In this document: positions 1 through 14,765 of the stretch, in pieces | Layout: every line of letters begins with the position of its first letter | Position numbering within the stretch: the first letter of the stretch is position 1 | Assembly: GCF_009914755.1 (NCBI RefSeq) | Contig: NC_060927.1 | DNA: 64,000 nt | Strand: one strand, 5' to 3' | Source: the human T2T-CHM13v2.0 reference genome, Homo sapiens | The notes under the pieces: generated by a model | Told to the model about the DNA's origin: nothing | The model's input: only the letters and a program-made list of their open reading frames with translations | Databases searched by the model: none | Program-made: the position numbers and the translations under genes

Positions 1-90
1 GAATTAATAAAGGAAGACAGAAATGAAGAAAGACAGAGAGAGAAAGAGTAAAGGAGGGAAGGAGGGAAGAGGAAAGGAAGGAGGAAGGAC
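1..90 (+). repeat. GA-rich low-complexity tract
   Basis: Near purine-only gga/gaa repeats. Confidence 0.8.
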
Positions 91-779
91 CGTGTTAAAA
101 TTCATTCCGTCATAACCAAATAGACCATCCAGAGAACTGAAGGGTGGTGTGTTCAGAGTGATGTGGCAGCCGCCAAGGAACAATCAGAAGTCATTCCGAT
201 TAGTATGCTATGATCTTTCTGAAAGAACAAAAAGGCAGCACCGGGGCCCACTCATTCTTATATATGTCAGCTTTGCTTTCAGCGCTCTTCTTGCTAAGGT
301 TTAAATGCCAACATCATGACCCTGAGGCCCTAGGAACTCCATACAATAAAGTCCCACGAACTGACACTCTTCTACTGTTCAAGAGTGAGCCTCAAAATAT
401 CGTTCACCTGCTTTGCAAATCGACCTTCTTTTACTAATTAGGGTAGATGAATATTTTAAAATAGTCTTTCAGGAAAATATAGCAGAGTATTCCATCAGAG
501 AACATTCTGCTTCCGTTTGCAATTCAAAATATTTGATGGGATCTGGGAATACAGAATTTGGATTGTTCTTTTCATTCTTATCTTGACTTCAGATAAGAAG
601 TTCTCGCAAGGGGGAGAGTGAGGTTAGAGAAAGGTGAGGATGAGGTGATAGGAGATTAGCAATGGGATTTAGCATTCAATTCAATGCAAGGAACATCTAT
701 TAAGTGCTTACTGGGTTGAGTGGATTAAAATAATTCCAAGTGTCAGGCACAGTGTTAATAATAAAAATGTTTTACCCAA

Positions 780-890
780 TTATGGTGCCAGGTAATAAAT
801 GATCTCATTTAATCCTATCAGCTCTGTAGTTGGTATGGCACTACTGTTATCCCAACTTCCAGATGAGAAACCAGACACAGAGATTAATTT
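780..890 (-). mobile_element. MIR fragment (L2 tail just upstream at about 675-730)
   Basis: tcatttaatcc...cccaacttccagatgagaaaccagacacaga, MIR core. Confidence 0.6.
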
Positions 891-1861
891 CAAAAGTGCA
901 GAAAAAGCCCACAAAACTCCAGAACAACCTAACAAACAAAAAACACCATTTCCAGGGACTCTTACTTATTAAATGGTGAGGCTGAGAATCCAATGTGGGC
1001 ATCCGATCCAGCCTGTGTCCTTGGCCACTGCGGGGAGCGGCAGGGCAGATGGAAGGGGAGGGCAAAGGAATATGGATGTGAAAGGAAAGACAGACAGAGA
1101 AGGGAGAAGGAGTGAGCAAGGCTAGAGAGAAACACGTTGTCTAGTGCTGCAGTCTGATGGTTTAGCACCCTTTAAAACTTTGTTCTTTAAATATTTATCC
1201 AACATTTGTTTAAATGAGAGGCTGAACTCTGCCTGGGAAAAGGGCAGAAGACAAGCTGCGCTCATTTGTGCCACTGTTCTAATTTAGCTCCGACCTCAAA
1301 CATCATGGCCAACTCAGCAAAACAGAAGGTCTATGGGAAATAGGATCTACCACCTCTAAGTTGGCCCTCTTAACCTACCTCGCGCCTCACTCCAGCCACC
1401 ATCTATTGTTCCTCCAGCATACCCCTTGAGGGTCTCATCCCCTCACCCATCCCCAAGTGTCTTAAGCTTTCCAAAAACATGCAGTAATCTCTGAGAGGAG
1501 ATATTTCTCTACTAACAATTTGATGCCAGGTTACATTTGGTGTTTCTCAGAGAAGCTGCTCCAATGGAATGGCTCCAAGCCTGCTCTTGACCTACTTCTG
1601 AGATGAGGACGGGGAATTGCAGAGGGTCAAGTTCAAAATCACACAGGGCATTGGTAGCCATTGAAGGATTTAAATGGAAGTGATCTGGAGACAGTTCACA
1701 GAATCCTGCATGGGGCATGACTGGTAGGTCTGGAGACCTGAGGGCAAGAGAAATGGAAAGAACAATATTAGTATCTCCCAATCTCAAGTCTGCATAGTGC
1801 CTGACTCCTTTTTTAAAATAGTAATCATTTTTGTCATTGTGGTCACCACCATCATCATAAT

Positions 1862-1971
1862 TTTCAGGGCTCAGTACAAAATGAAAATGCAGGCCCCCTA
1901 AGAATTTCAAGCCAGCGACAGTAAGTGGGGGCATTGCTCAGCCCAGGTCACATGCCCATGAAGCCAGTCCT
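1862..1971. mobile_element. MER45A-like hAT-Tip100 remnant
   Basis: cagggctcagtacaaaatgaaaatgcaggcccc...catgaagccagtcct. Confidence 0.6.
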
Positions 1972-2007
1972 TCTAGGAGTCATATTTTCTCTGTCCTAGA
2001 ATTTTCT

Positions 2008-2444
<437 letters not shown>

Positions 2445-2752
2445 TGATGATTGTCTCCGAGTATCTCATTTTCAGACTCCATATAAAAGAGGGTCTGATA
2501 CATTGAAATAGATACTCTAATCTAGTGGAGATCATTTTTCTTGGTAAGAGCTCTAGCAATACTTAATCTCAAGGTCATCACAGACTGACCTTGACTAAGG
2601 TGTCCACTCTTGGCCAGACTGGCACGGCACCTGAGAAGATGGAGGTCCCAGGTAGGGCAGGCGCAATTGTAGGAGTCTCTTCTCCAGTGAAAAATATAGG
2701 AGTGAGTCCTCTTCCAGGCTCTAGAGCTATAAAGAACAAGAAGAAACTTGGG

Positions 2753-3680
<928 letters not shown>

Positions 3681-4906
3681 AACATTACAGTCTTTCTTCC
3701 TGCACTCACAGGGCTTATACCCTTATTGGGGAGAAGGGACATAACCTAAATCTTGCTAGGAGGCATCAGGCAGGACTGAAATGAGAAATAAGAAATGCCG
3801 CTTTCTGGTTATCCTCGGCCATGAGGCCATCCCCTCTCTTCCTGTGATGGATTAGGAAGTCAGACAGCCCGTGCCGCCGCATTCCTGCCCCACCACTTGA
3901 TTGTGCTGTGTCTTGGGCATGTTCTTTCACTTTCCTGTGCCTTAGTATTCTCATTTTTGCAATATAAAATTAGGATATTAAGAGTACAGTCCTGATCTCA
4001 CAGAGTTTTGTGAGGTTAAATGAGATAATCAGTTCCTAACTCAGTAAGTGATTAGACCTAGTGTTTTCTACCATAAGCCATTCTCTCTTCCTCTATTCCT
4101 TTCTCCCGCTCCTCTTGAATGGGCATATCTTACCTTTTTCCAACCAGAAGGTCGATGCTCCTTCCTGTTCCTGGGATTCTGCTTAGGGTATTTCTACCAC
4201 CTAGAATATCCTCCCTTCTCTCAGCCCCCTGTTTAAGCATGATCTGTCTTCGCAGCTCAATTTAAGTCCCAAGACTTTCATGAGAGTTTCCTTGATTGTT
4301 TCAACCCACATACAGAGACTCACGGAGCAGGACGGGGTATTGAAAGCACTGAGATATCAGGGCATAGCTCCCCCTTTATAGCTCAGGAAATGGAGGCTGA
4401 CAGCCTCACCTCTCTCTCTCTCCTAATCTCCTGCTTCCATCACTCATCTGTATCACCCATCATGGCATTTAATCATCCGTTGCCTCGCTTCCTCCTTCTT
4501 CCTGTCATAAAAGCTTCTCATCTTAGGCATTAGGCCTCAACTCAAATGACTCTCAACTAAGTCTCCCTCTCCCCAGAATAGATCAATATTACCAGTTATT
4601 CTTTCTCATCACTACCTATTTTTCCCCTCAGCAGACTTCATTAAAGGTGATTTAGGAATTACTGCTGTAATTAGTTGCCTAAGCTTTTGTTGTTGTTGTT
4701 TAAAAAATCAAACATTTACCAGATGCCTAGGTGCCCACTATGTGTGTGGCAGTGTGCCAACTGTGGGGATTTGATGGTGAACTGGACAGATCTGGTCCCT
4801 GCATTAACGGATTTTACATATAGCTATGAAATTAAGAAGTGAGAATGAGCTCATAAACCTTTTGGGAACCCTCATGGACTAGAAGGAGCTTTTAAAAAAA
4901 AAAAAA

Positions 4907-5270
<364 letters not shown>

Positions 5271-5759
5271 CTACAGTCAAACATAAGCTGATAGAAATAT
5301 CAAGTGTTCCATGTAGCATAATAAAGAAAATGAAATACCATCTTCCTTAGTCTAGGGTCCTCTTTCAAAGGGCAAGAGTCAACATTTGTTTTAGTCTTAC
5401 TTGTCTACACTGATGTAACACTTTGTTTTTTCCAGTTATTTTTTTCACAAGAAACAACCTACGTCTTCATTATGAAGGTGGCGTGACCGCTGAACACCCA
5501 AGCAGTTGTCTTCCTTTGTTAACTAATCTGAGTGCAAACAAAGCCCTTCATTTGAAGGTCAAGAGTTTCTTTTGCCCTTTATTTAAAGGAACCAACTTCT
5601 TGTGAAATGGCACTAAATTATAAGCACCCGGTCCACTTAGTGTGAGACTAGTAATTTTATAGGCTCCAAATTGTCCACTTATGGGGACCTCCACCTTCTG
5701 CTAGCCTGTTTGAAAATACCCTCCTTAGAGATTACAATGCATCCTTCAAATGTTATGAG

Positions 5760-6690
5760 GTTCCAATTGCCTAAAGGGCATTTCTGCTTAGCAATCTCCA
5801 CAGGCAATTCAATAACATTTTTCAAATAAAGTATGATCTTGTTACTCTCTTTTTATTCTTAATATCTGTTAATGAAACCTCCCAACTAGCAATCCGAGAT
5901 GCACTCTTGACTCCTTATTCAAATACAAAATCCTGCTGTTTTTACCTGAACATCTCTCACCTCCCAGCCCCTAAACCTCCCAGCCCCTTCCTTTCATCAC
6001 TCTTTCCCTTCCTGCCGTCCCTCCTTCCCCTGCCCTGGCCGAGACTGTATTATTTCCATTATCCTTGAAAGTACTTGAACTGTGGCTTCCTAATTTTTCT
6101 CAAGCCTTCACTCCTGTCTCTCCAATCTCACACTCCCATTGCACCCGAATGATCTGTTCGCAATTCCTGTCTTGTCACTTCTCTCTTTAAACCCCTTCAG
6201 TGGTTCCAATCATCACCCAGCAGTTTTTCTCAAGGGAATGGAGCTCTTTTATAATTTGGGGAGGGACACGAACATCTTGCTTATGCTGGACTGTCCATCA
6301 CACTGAAAGACAGTAAGCTTCCCTGGCTGCAAGGCCACTAAATGCCGACACACAAATTTCCAAAGATGCCCTATGCCGCCTCAGCTGATAATAATCTCTA
6401 AGGGAAAAGTACGTACTTCCGAATATAGCTTGCAAAGCCCTCCAACACCTGGCCCTTATCTCAACTTCCAGCCTTCCTCACTGTTGCCTCACACTGATTC
6501 TCGTGAATAGTGGACTGCTGTGCTGTTCTCCCTGCCTGATGCCTCGTCCAGCCTCCTCCCCTAGATGATGTCTTCTCATTCTTCAAGACTCAGTTCTTGG
6601 TCTCCTTGAACAGGCTCCCTTTCCTTGTCTCCATGACTGCCGTTCCTCCCCCTACCTGATCACCAATTAGACAAGTGTGTCTCCCAGCTC
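5760..6690 (-). mobile_element. L2 fragments interrupted by a hAT-Charlie (MER20-like) remnant at about 6218-6390
   Basis: Degenerate L2 motifs (aaatcctgctgtttttacc; attcttcaagactcagttc). Confidence 0.5.
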
Positions 6691-6922
6691 ATGCTAACTT
6701 CTAAATGCTTCTAAAGGTTCATGTTAACTAAACTCATAAGGCATTAATAAATATAAATCTGCATCGCTGTTTGTTAATTTTCATGAGAATGAACATGAGA
6801 AACACCCCTCATGTCAAGTGACAATGCCGTTTATGCCTGATAGGTCCATGGGTATTTCTGAGGAAAGTGTGGCAGAGACAGATGCATCTTTCAGGCATGG
6901 CATCAAGGAGGCACTTGTTGTC

Positions 6923-7343
6923 TGTATTAGCTTCCTAGGGCTTCCATAACAAATTAAAACAACTATAATGTATTCTGTACAGTTCCAGAGGCCAGAAGTT
7001 TGAAATCAGTGTTCAGCAGGGCTGCGTTTCCTTTAAAGGCTCTAAGGGAGCATCCTTCCTTGCCTCTCCCAGCTTCGGTGGCTCCAGGCGTTCCTTGGTT
7101 TGTGGCTCTACAAATCCGATCTCTGTCTCCATATGACCTTCTTGCCTTCTCTGGGTCTTTTTTTCTTCTGTTTCTTATAAAGACATGTGTCACTGGATTT
7201 AGGGCCCACCCTGATGATGATCTCAACTCCAGATCCTTAATTATATCTGAAAGGACTTTTTTTCCAAATAAGGTCACCACCACAAGTTCTGGGGGTTAGG
7301 AGGTGTATCTATCTTTTTTGGGGGGCACTATCCAATCCACTAC
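6923..7343 (-). mobile_element. MaLR LTR (MLT1C-like)
   Basis: tgtattagcttcctagggc...ggccagaagtttgaaatc...ccactaca. Confidence 0.8.
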
Positions 7344-9051
7344 AATCTCCAACTCCAAGACATTTGTGGGATCCTCTTCATAGCAGAGCTCTGTTAGACC
7401 AGGTGACCTGAATATTGGCTTGAATGTTGGGATGGGTCACTGAGAATTAGGCTACCTTGTCACCTGGCAATGATTGGCAATACCTGTGGCCAAGCTCTTT
7501 GTCTTTTACTTTAATTTCCCTATACTGGCACAGCTCACTTTCTCTCTGAGTATCCTTCAATGTTAATTTATGGAGAGTCTTTTAAGCCTCTCACTGAATG
7601 AGATGTTGAGGTTGCTACAGAGGAAGCCTAATGGATTTCCTCATCTTCCTGGGGCCAATCTCCCTCATAAGAAAGATGATGATTACTTGTTATAATGAAT
7701 GGTAAAGAAAAGTGGTGGCTTCAGAAAGGGAGCATGGTTAGGCTCTGTCAGGCTCAATTTCCTGAGCTGTAAAGGGAGGCCGCACCCTGAGGTCTACATG
7801 TTTTCAACACTGGGTACTTCTCTGCAAGTCTCTCTGTGTGAATTGAAACAATCAAGAAAAATTTTGTGAAAGCCTTGGGTCTTAAGCTGAGCCATAGAGT
7901 TAGATCAGGCTTCAACAGGGAAGAAAGACAAGGAAAGACAGTCCATCCAGCCTGAACAAACACATGGGGGCAGGAGTGGGAGGGGTACCTAGAGGAAAGG
8001 AATAGAATTCATCTGCTCTAGAGGAGGAGGCAGAACTAGTTTGGGAACAGAGGAGCAGGGTTAGGGTATGAAACAGTAGGAGATAAGGATGGAAAAAACC
8101 ACAGATGCGCAGGGCTTAGAGGCCAGTCTGCTGCAAATGTGGAGTCATAGAGCCGTTGAAAGAGTTTCCAAATAAGAGGAGAAATAGGAGTTGAGGTTAT
8201 TAAAGTGGTATTTGTTTCTTCAAAAAAATATTTAAGGCACAAAGAAAAGGTGACACCAGGAATGAGAAGCCAACTCAAGATACTGTGACAGTTGCCCAGG
8301 TGTATGACAGGGTGGGACTTGGAGTAAGGTAGTGATAAGGTTAGAAACCTATATGACTTGTTGGTTTATTAATTGGTCTCTTTAAAGAGAGAGAAATCTC
8401 AACTCGTGTGTTAGGAGGCTGAGGGACACCTAGAAATCGGGACATTTGGGAGTTGAGATTGAATGTGTTGAGTTGTGGTAATGTCAGGACATTCAAATAG
8501 AAATGTCCAGCTGTTTGTTAGAGATGGATCATTGCTACCCTGTCACTGCCACAGCAGTGTCCTGTCACAGTCTGTCCTGATGGGCTGTCTCTCCATTTCT
8601 CCTGGGAAGACAGCCTCCTGTTAACTCCACGAAGGCATTCTCTGTCTTATCTTCAATGTGACCTTTCCCTCAATTTATAATAGTGGCTCCTGAATCTTTT
8701 GTTGTGTTAGGATCCATTCTCCACTCTCTAGTCATTGAAAAAGAGGTAAAAGGGGAGGTCAGGGCAGCGTCCATTTATCTATTTGTTCAGCAGATATTTA
8801 TTGAGTACTTACTTTGTCCCAGATACTATGATAATCATTGGGCATCTAAGAGTCAGTAAAACCAACTTGGCCCCCTTCAAGATGGGGCAGATAGATGGCA
8901 AACGAGGGTGAAAAGTGCAAGAAAGGAAAGTGCAGGATACTTAGAGCATAAAACAAGGAAGCCAAATAACTCTGTCGGGGGGGCTCTTCACTCTGCAGGT
9001 GCCTGCAAAGGAAGCAGAATTTAAGTGGAGCCCTGTGGAGTTATTCAGGGC

Positions 9052-9140
9052 AGGGCTGCAGGGTGGCACAACTCCAGGGGGCGCCTCTTACATCATATTC
9101 TGTCAATGGGCCCCTGGAGATGTGCAAGAAAATGGCCCAG
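9052..9140. mobile_element. MER91-like palindromic hAT MITE
   Basis: gcacaactccagggggcgcc...gggcccctggagatgtgc inverted arms. Confidence 0.6.
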
Positions 9141-9267
9141 AATGAGGGCTGGGAAATAAGGTGGGGCATGGGGCAGGGTTGGACTTTTTTGGCCAGAGGA
9201 GAATCTTGGGGAACTCATTGCAGCTCAGGTCTTACAGAGACCTCTAAGCTAATCAGAGTTGATACCA

Positions 9268-9503
9268 ACTCATGCTAACTAAACTCATAAGGCATTAATA
9301 AATATAAATCTGCATAGCTGTTTGTGAATTTTCATGAGAAATTAGAGTATATCTGTCATGCAGACCAGAGATTGACAGCTTTGAGGTGCTGACTCATACT
9401 AACTAAACTCCCAACACATGAATATATGCAAGCCAGCATGCTGGCTTGTTAATTTTCTATGAGAAACAGAGTCTATCTGTCAAGTAGACCAGAGATTGAC
9501 AGC
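9268..9503 (+). repeat. Diverged tandem duplication, period about 124 bp
   Basis: actcat..taactaaactc...agaccagagattgacagc at 9268-9379 and 9392-9503. Confidence 0.85.
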
Positions 9504-9767
9504 CCATCCCCTCCTGTGTGAGGGGCTCCCTGGGAAGCCCAATTATCCCAGGGTTTCGTTGCGAGCCTGAAATCAGAGGAAAGAGCAGTTATTACACCAC
9601 CTGAAGATTTACAGACCTCAGGTTCTGTGTCTGATGTATTCGCCGCCTGCTGGGGACAGGCTCAGGGGGCTTGTCGGGGAAAGGGGCAATGTGGGGTCTC
9701 TGCCCATGGGAACCTCTTTGTGCCTCTCTGTGCCAAAGCTCATTCACTCTCCTGATTCTCATACTCT

Positions 9768-10976
9768 TGAGACAGAGTAGGAACAAGGCTTGGCTTTGTT
9801 ACTGGTGGTGAATCTGACTGCTCTGCAGCAAACTCGATCCTTGCCTCCTCAGAGGAAAGAATTTGGCCAAGGGGCAGAAGTAGGTTTAAGGCAGAGGGAG
9901 AGACTGAGGCAAGTTTTATAGTAGGAGTGCAAGTTTATTAAAGAGTTTGAGGGCAGGAACCAAAGGAAGTAAAGTACACTTGGAAGAGGGCCAAGTGGGT
10001 AACTTGAGGGGTCCAAGTTCCATGTTTGGCCCTGACTTGGGGTTTCATACATTGACATGGTTCCAGGGTTTTCATTTCTCCTCCCTTGATTTTTCCCTTG
10101 GGTTGGGCTGTCTGCCTATGCAGAGGCCTGTCAGCACTTGGGAGGTGCCGCACCTGCAGTGTGTTTACTGACATGCCCACTCGAAGTGTTTTTTCCCTTA
10201 GCAGCTGAGCATTCCTAGAGGAAGATCATAGACCAGTTAAATTCTGCCATTGTGCCTCTTAGTGCACATGCTTGAGCCCACTTGACCAACTTGTGAGATC
10301 TTAGCAGGAAGCTGCTGATTGTGAGCATCAGGTATTTTCTATCGGGAGACTGTCTTTTCCTGGCACCAACTGCCTGACCATCACCTGGTGATCACCTGAC
10401 ATTCCTTGGGGTGGGGGCCTCTCCTGCCCTGCTCATGTCTGCCTACCTACCTAGTCTAACAGCTTCAGGTCATTTCCACTAGAGCATTCTTTCATGCATT
10501 CCCACTGATCACAAGCCCTACACCATTACCTCACTGACATCATTAGGTTTAACCCTGCCTTTTACTTAAAGATGTCTAGGACTGGCCTTAGGAAATCCAG
10601 ATATACAAACCAAGGTTGTGTAATGTTTCACCTCAGAAAGGAATGCTGAACAACTTATTTACAGCCTTGTTGCTACTGGTCAGACCATTGGGAGGCCCAT
10701 TACTCAAGATAACCTCTGAAACCAAATATGCTGACCTGTATACCCTACCCCTCAGTGCTTTGCCCTTCCAAGTACAGCCTGCATACTCTATTCCTGATGT
10801 CAATTCCTGTGTTTTGCCTAATAAAAAAGCCCAATCATCTTGGAGAGCCAAAGAATTTTCTCTCCTGTGCTGCCACCCTTATGTCCAGACACAAACTCCA
10901 ATGAAGTCTTGTCTGAGAAAACTCTTTTGGCTTCATGTCAATTAGTGCACTGAGAGCCCAAAAACCCTCAGTAACA
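9768..10976 (+). mobile_element. ERV1 solo LTR (MER39-type), interrupted by a second LTR
   Basis: TG at 9768, CA at 10976, TSD CTCT at 9764-9767 and 10977-10980; parts 9768-9796 and 10462-10976. Confidence 0.8.
9797..10461 (-). mobile_element. ERV1 solo LTR (MER51/MER50-type)
   Basis: TG...CA termini; TSD GCTT at 9793-9796 and 10462-10465; aaaggaagtaaagtacacttggaagagggccaag motif. Confidence 0.85.
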
Positions 10977-11419
10977 CTCTTCTTTTCAATGTGTGAATGC
11001 TAACTGGAGCCTGGGATTAGCCTATTGACCACACAACTTTATAAAATCAATGTTTGTGTTGATTTTAAGAATTTAAAATTAACAGGGGCAACTCATTGTT
11101 CAGGTTCTTGGTGGCACCTTCCTGCTGTCCTCAGTCCTACCCAGACTTACAAGCTAATTTGGTATCATGGATTGTCAGTAACAGCTTTATGGTTTTAGGG
11201 AATGCTGAATGCAAATCTGCCTGTAACCAGGTAAAACACAGGGTAGCTTTGGCCATTGTGTAAGTCATTTTGCTAGGATTAGAACTCACACCTACAGACT
11301 TCCTGCCCCACTCTGCTGGTGCTGTGAAGGCCTGACTAAACACTACCCTACTACTGTGGGGGCAGGTGCCTAGGCTCTGGCCTGATCTTCACTGTTCCCT
11401 CCTCAATCTGGATACTCAG

Positions 11420-11870
11420 TGTGGTCGCAGAATAACAGCCCCCTAAAGACCTCCACATCTTAATATGAACCTTACATGGCAAAAGGATCTTGCAGATGTC
11501 ATTAGATTAATCATGTCTTGAGATGGGGAGATGATTGTGGATTATTTGGACCCAATGTAATCTCAAGCATCCTTATAAGGGAAAGAAGGAGTTAGAAGAA
11601 TGAAAGAATGATATGTGAGGGTGGATATAGAGGTCAGAGGTTTGAAGATGCTATTCTGCTGGCTCTGAAGATGGAAGAAGGGGCCGTGAGCCAAGGAACG
11701 TGGCAGCCTCTAGAAGCTGGAAAAGGCAAGGATATAGATTTTCCTCTAGGGCCTCCAGAAGAGACACAGCCCTTCTGATGTCTTGATTTTAGGACTTCTG
11801 ACATACAGAACTGCCAGATAATGAATTTGCATTGTTTTTACCCCCCTCTCAACAATCGGAAACAGATACA
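11420..11870 (+). mobile_element. MaLR LTR (MLT1D-like)
   Basis: tgtggtcgcagaataa...ccttacatggcaaaagg...tctagaagctggaaaaggcaagg...gataca. Confidence 0.8.
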
Positions 11871-13358
11871 GTTGGCTTCTCCTGTCTTCAGGACTTACCT
11901 AGCAATGTTCACCTTGCTCTTGAGAGCCCCGTACCTCCATACACATGACAGTCTGTTGGTGGGAGACAAGTCACCAGAGTTTGTGCAGGGTGGAGAGTCA
12001 TATTTCTCACAAGCTGTGCAGTGTTAAATGCCCCAGCTCATTGCTCCTCATGCATAAGTGGTGATTCCATGCCCTGGGCCAAAAATACAGTTCCGTTGTC
12101 ACCGCCTGTGTCCGACACAGCTCTCCTGGGGTGCTGATGAAGATGTAGCCTTCCTTTGAAGCTAGTCATTCAGATCAGCTCTACAGGGGCCATTTGCAAG
12201 ATGAGAAATAGATCCAAGATCCTCATCATAATGCAGGTTTTGTATCAAAATGCACAATGAACTGACTGGAACAGGAAATAATTAATCAGGACATTACAGA
12301 GCAGTTAAGTATAATTAATTCATACAAAAGAATGTGAGTGTGCAGTTTTAGCTGCTAGAGTGATTTTATTTCCCTGCAAATTTAGTTCAAGATAAACAAA
12401 CATCAGAATAGTCTTTTCAGGTTTTTCATGACTCATGGGTTATTTCCTCCTTTCTAGTTACCAAAAATATTATTAAACTTATACACTAGCACCGCCAAGT
12501 TGATCATATTTTAGAAGAAAACTCCCTGCTCATAGTAAATGGGAAATTAACTCTATCATAGAAGTCACTTTCCACATATGTTAATAACCGTGTGAGTGTG
12601 TGTGCGTGAGGCAGAAACCTAGCACTTAATGCAGAATAAAAACTGGAGAGAAATTTTGATTTCTGCCCAAATATCTTAAAATCTAAGCAGAATGCATAAA
12701 AAATTATGTTGTGAAAACACCATCTGAGAATGTGACTTAATCTCAAGGGTAAACTTTATTGATATTGTGTGGGTTTTCCTTTCCTCTTATCTTTTTTTTC
12801 TCTTCTTGGGGCTGGGAGCTCTTTATAAGAAAAGAGGTGAAAAATGTCAGGCAATATGGGTTGGTGATGGTAGCAGCATTACTGGTCTTCTACCAGTTCT
12901 CCTCTCATAGTCGGGACACTCAAAAAGCCTAAAAGACATGCCCTGTGAGCAGAGCTTAATGTAGAGGTGGAAAAATTCATCACGCAGGAGTGCTGGAGGG
13001 AATATTTTCTTCTCTTTGTGGCTCCAGAGAGCACAGTGTGTTCTGTCGAGCTAGAAAAATAGAATTGGGCTGGTGTGATGGATGATGAGTGTTTGGAAGT
13101 GCCAATCCATCAAGGCCACAATAGAAAAGGCAGGGCTCCTGGATGGCTTTCATCAGGCCAGTGTGCTTCTCTCCTCCAATGGATCACTGTAGGATATTGA
13201 TTCACTTCCAAGATTAACCTGATCACACATTACAACCAAAGGGCTGTTTGACTACCTATGTCACATAATGTTTTATTATGTGACAAATATAGACATGCTC
13301 CAATTTCTGATCTAATTCACAGTGTAATGATGCTCCAGTTTCTTCAGCCATAATTCTT

Positions 13359-14765
13359 TTTTTTTAAAATTTATTTATTTATTTATTTTTATTGATCATT
13401 CTTGGGTGTTTCTCACAGAGGGGGATTTGGCAGGGTCATAGGACAATAGTGGAGGGAGGGTCAGCAGATAAACAAGTGAACAAAGGTCTCTGGTTTTCCT
13501 ATGCAGAGGACCCTGCGGCCTTCCGCAGTGTTTGTGTCCCTGGGTACTTGAGATTAGGGAGTGGTGATGACTCTTAACGAGCATGCTGCCTTCAAGCATC
13601 TGTTTAACAAAGCACATCTTGCACCACCCTTAATCCATTTAACCCTGAGTGGACACAGCACATGTTTCAGAGAGCACAGGGTTGGGGGTAAGGTCACCGA
13701 TCAACAGGATCACAAGGCAGAAGAATTTTTCTTAGTACAGAACAAAATGAAAAGTCTCCCGTGTCTACCTCTTTCTACACACACATGGCAACCATCCGAT
13801 TTCTCAATCCTTGCCCCGCCTTTCCCCCCTTTCTATTCCACAAAACCGCCATTGTCATCATGGCCCGTTCTCAATGAGCTGTTGGGTACACCTCCCAGAC
13901 GGGGTGGTGGCTGGGCAGAGGGGCTCCTCACTTCCCAGTAGGGGCGGCCGGGCAGAGGCGCCCCTCACCTCCCGGACGGGGCGGCTGGCCTGGCGGGGCT
14001 GACCCCCACCTCCCTCCCGGATGGGGTGGCTGCCGGGCAGAGACGCTCCTCACTTCCCAGACGGGGTGGCTGCCGGGCGGAGGGGCTCCTCACTTCTCAT
14101 ATGGGGCGGTTGCCAGGCGGAGGGTCTCCTCACTTCTCAGACGGGGCGGCTGGGCAGAGACGCTCCTCACTTCCCAGACAGGGTCACGGCCGGGTAGAGG
14201 CGCTCCTCACATCCCAGACGGGGCGGCGGGGCAGAGGCGCTCCCCACATCTCAGACGATGGGCAGCCGGGCAGAGACGCTCCTCACTTCCTAGATGGGAT
14301 GGCGGCCAGGCAGAGGCTGCAATCTCGGCACTTTGGGAGGCCAAGGCAGGCGGCTGGGAGGTGGAGGTTGTAGCGAGCCGAGATCACGCCACTGCACTCC
14401 AGCCTGGGCACCATTGAGCACTGAGTGAACCAGACTCCGTCTGCAATCCCGGCACCTCGGGAGGCCGGAGGCCGAGGCTGGCGGATCACGCAGTTAGGAG
14501 CTGGAGACCAGCCCGGCCAACACAGCGAAACCCCGTCTCCACCAAAAAAATACGAAAACCAGTCAGGCGTGGTGGCGCGCCTGCAATCGCAGGCACTCGG
14601 CAGGCTGAGGCAGGAGAATCAGGCAGGGAGGCTGCAGTGAGCCGAGATGGCAGCAGTACAGTCCAGCTTCGGCTCGGCATCAGTGGGAGACGGTGGAAAG
14701 AGAGGGAGAGGGAGACTGTGGGGAGAGGGAGAGGGAGAGGGGGGAGAGGGAGAGGGAGAGGGAGG
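13359..14765 (-). mobile_element. Full-length SVA retrotransposon (SVA_C/D-like), about 1.4 kb with a short VNTR
   Basis: Poly(A), SINE-R, GC-rich VNTR, Alu-like domain and (CCCTCT)n hexamer at about 14700-14765; TSD AGCCATAATTCTT at 13346-13358 and 14766-14778. Confidence 0.97.
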
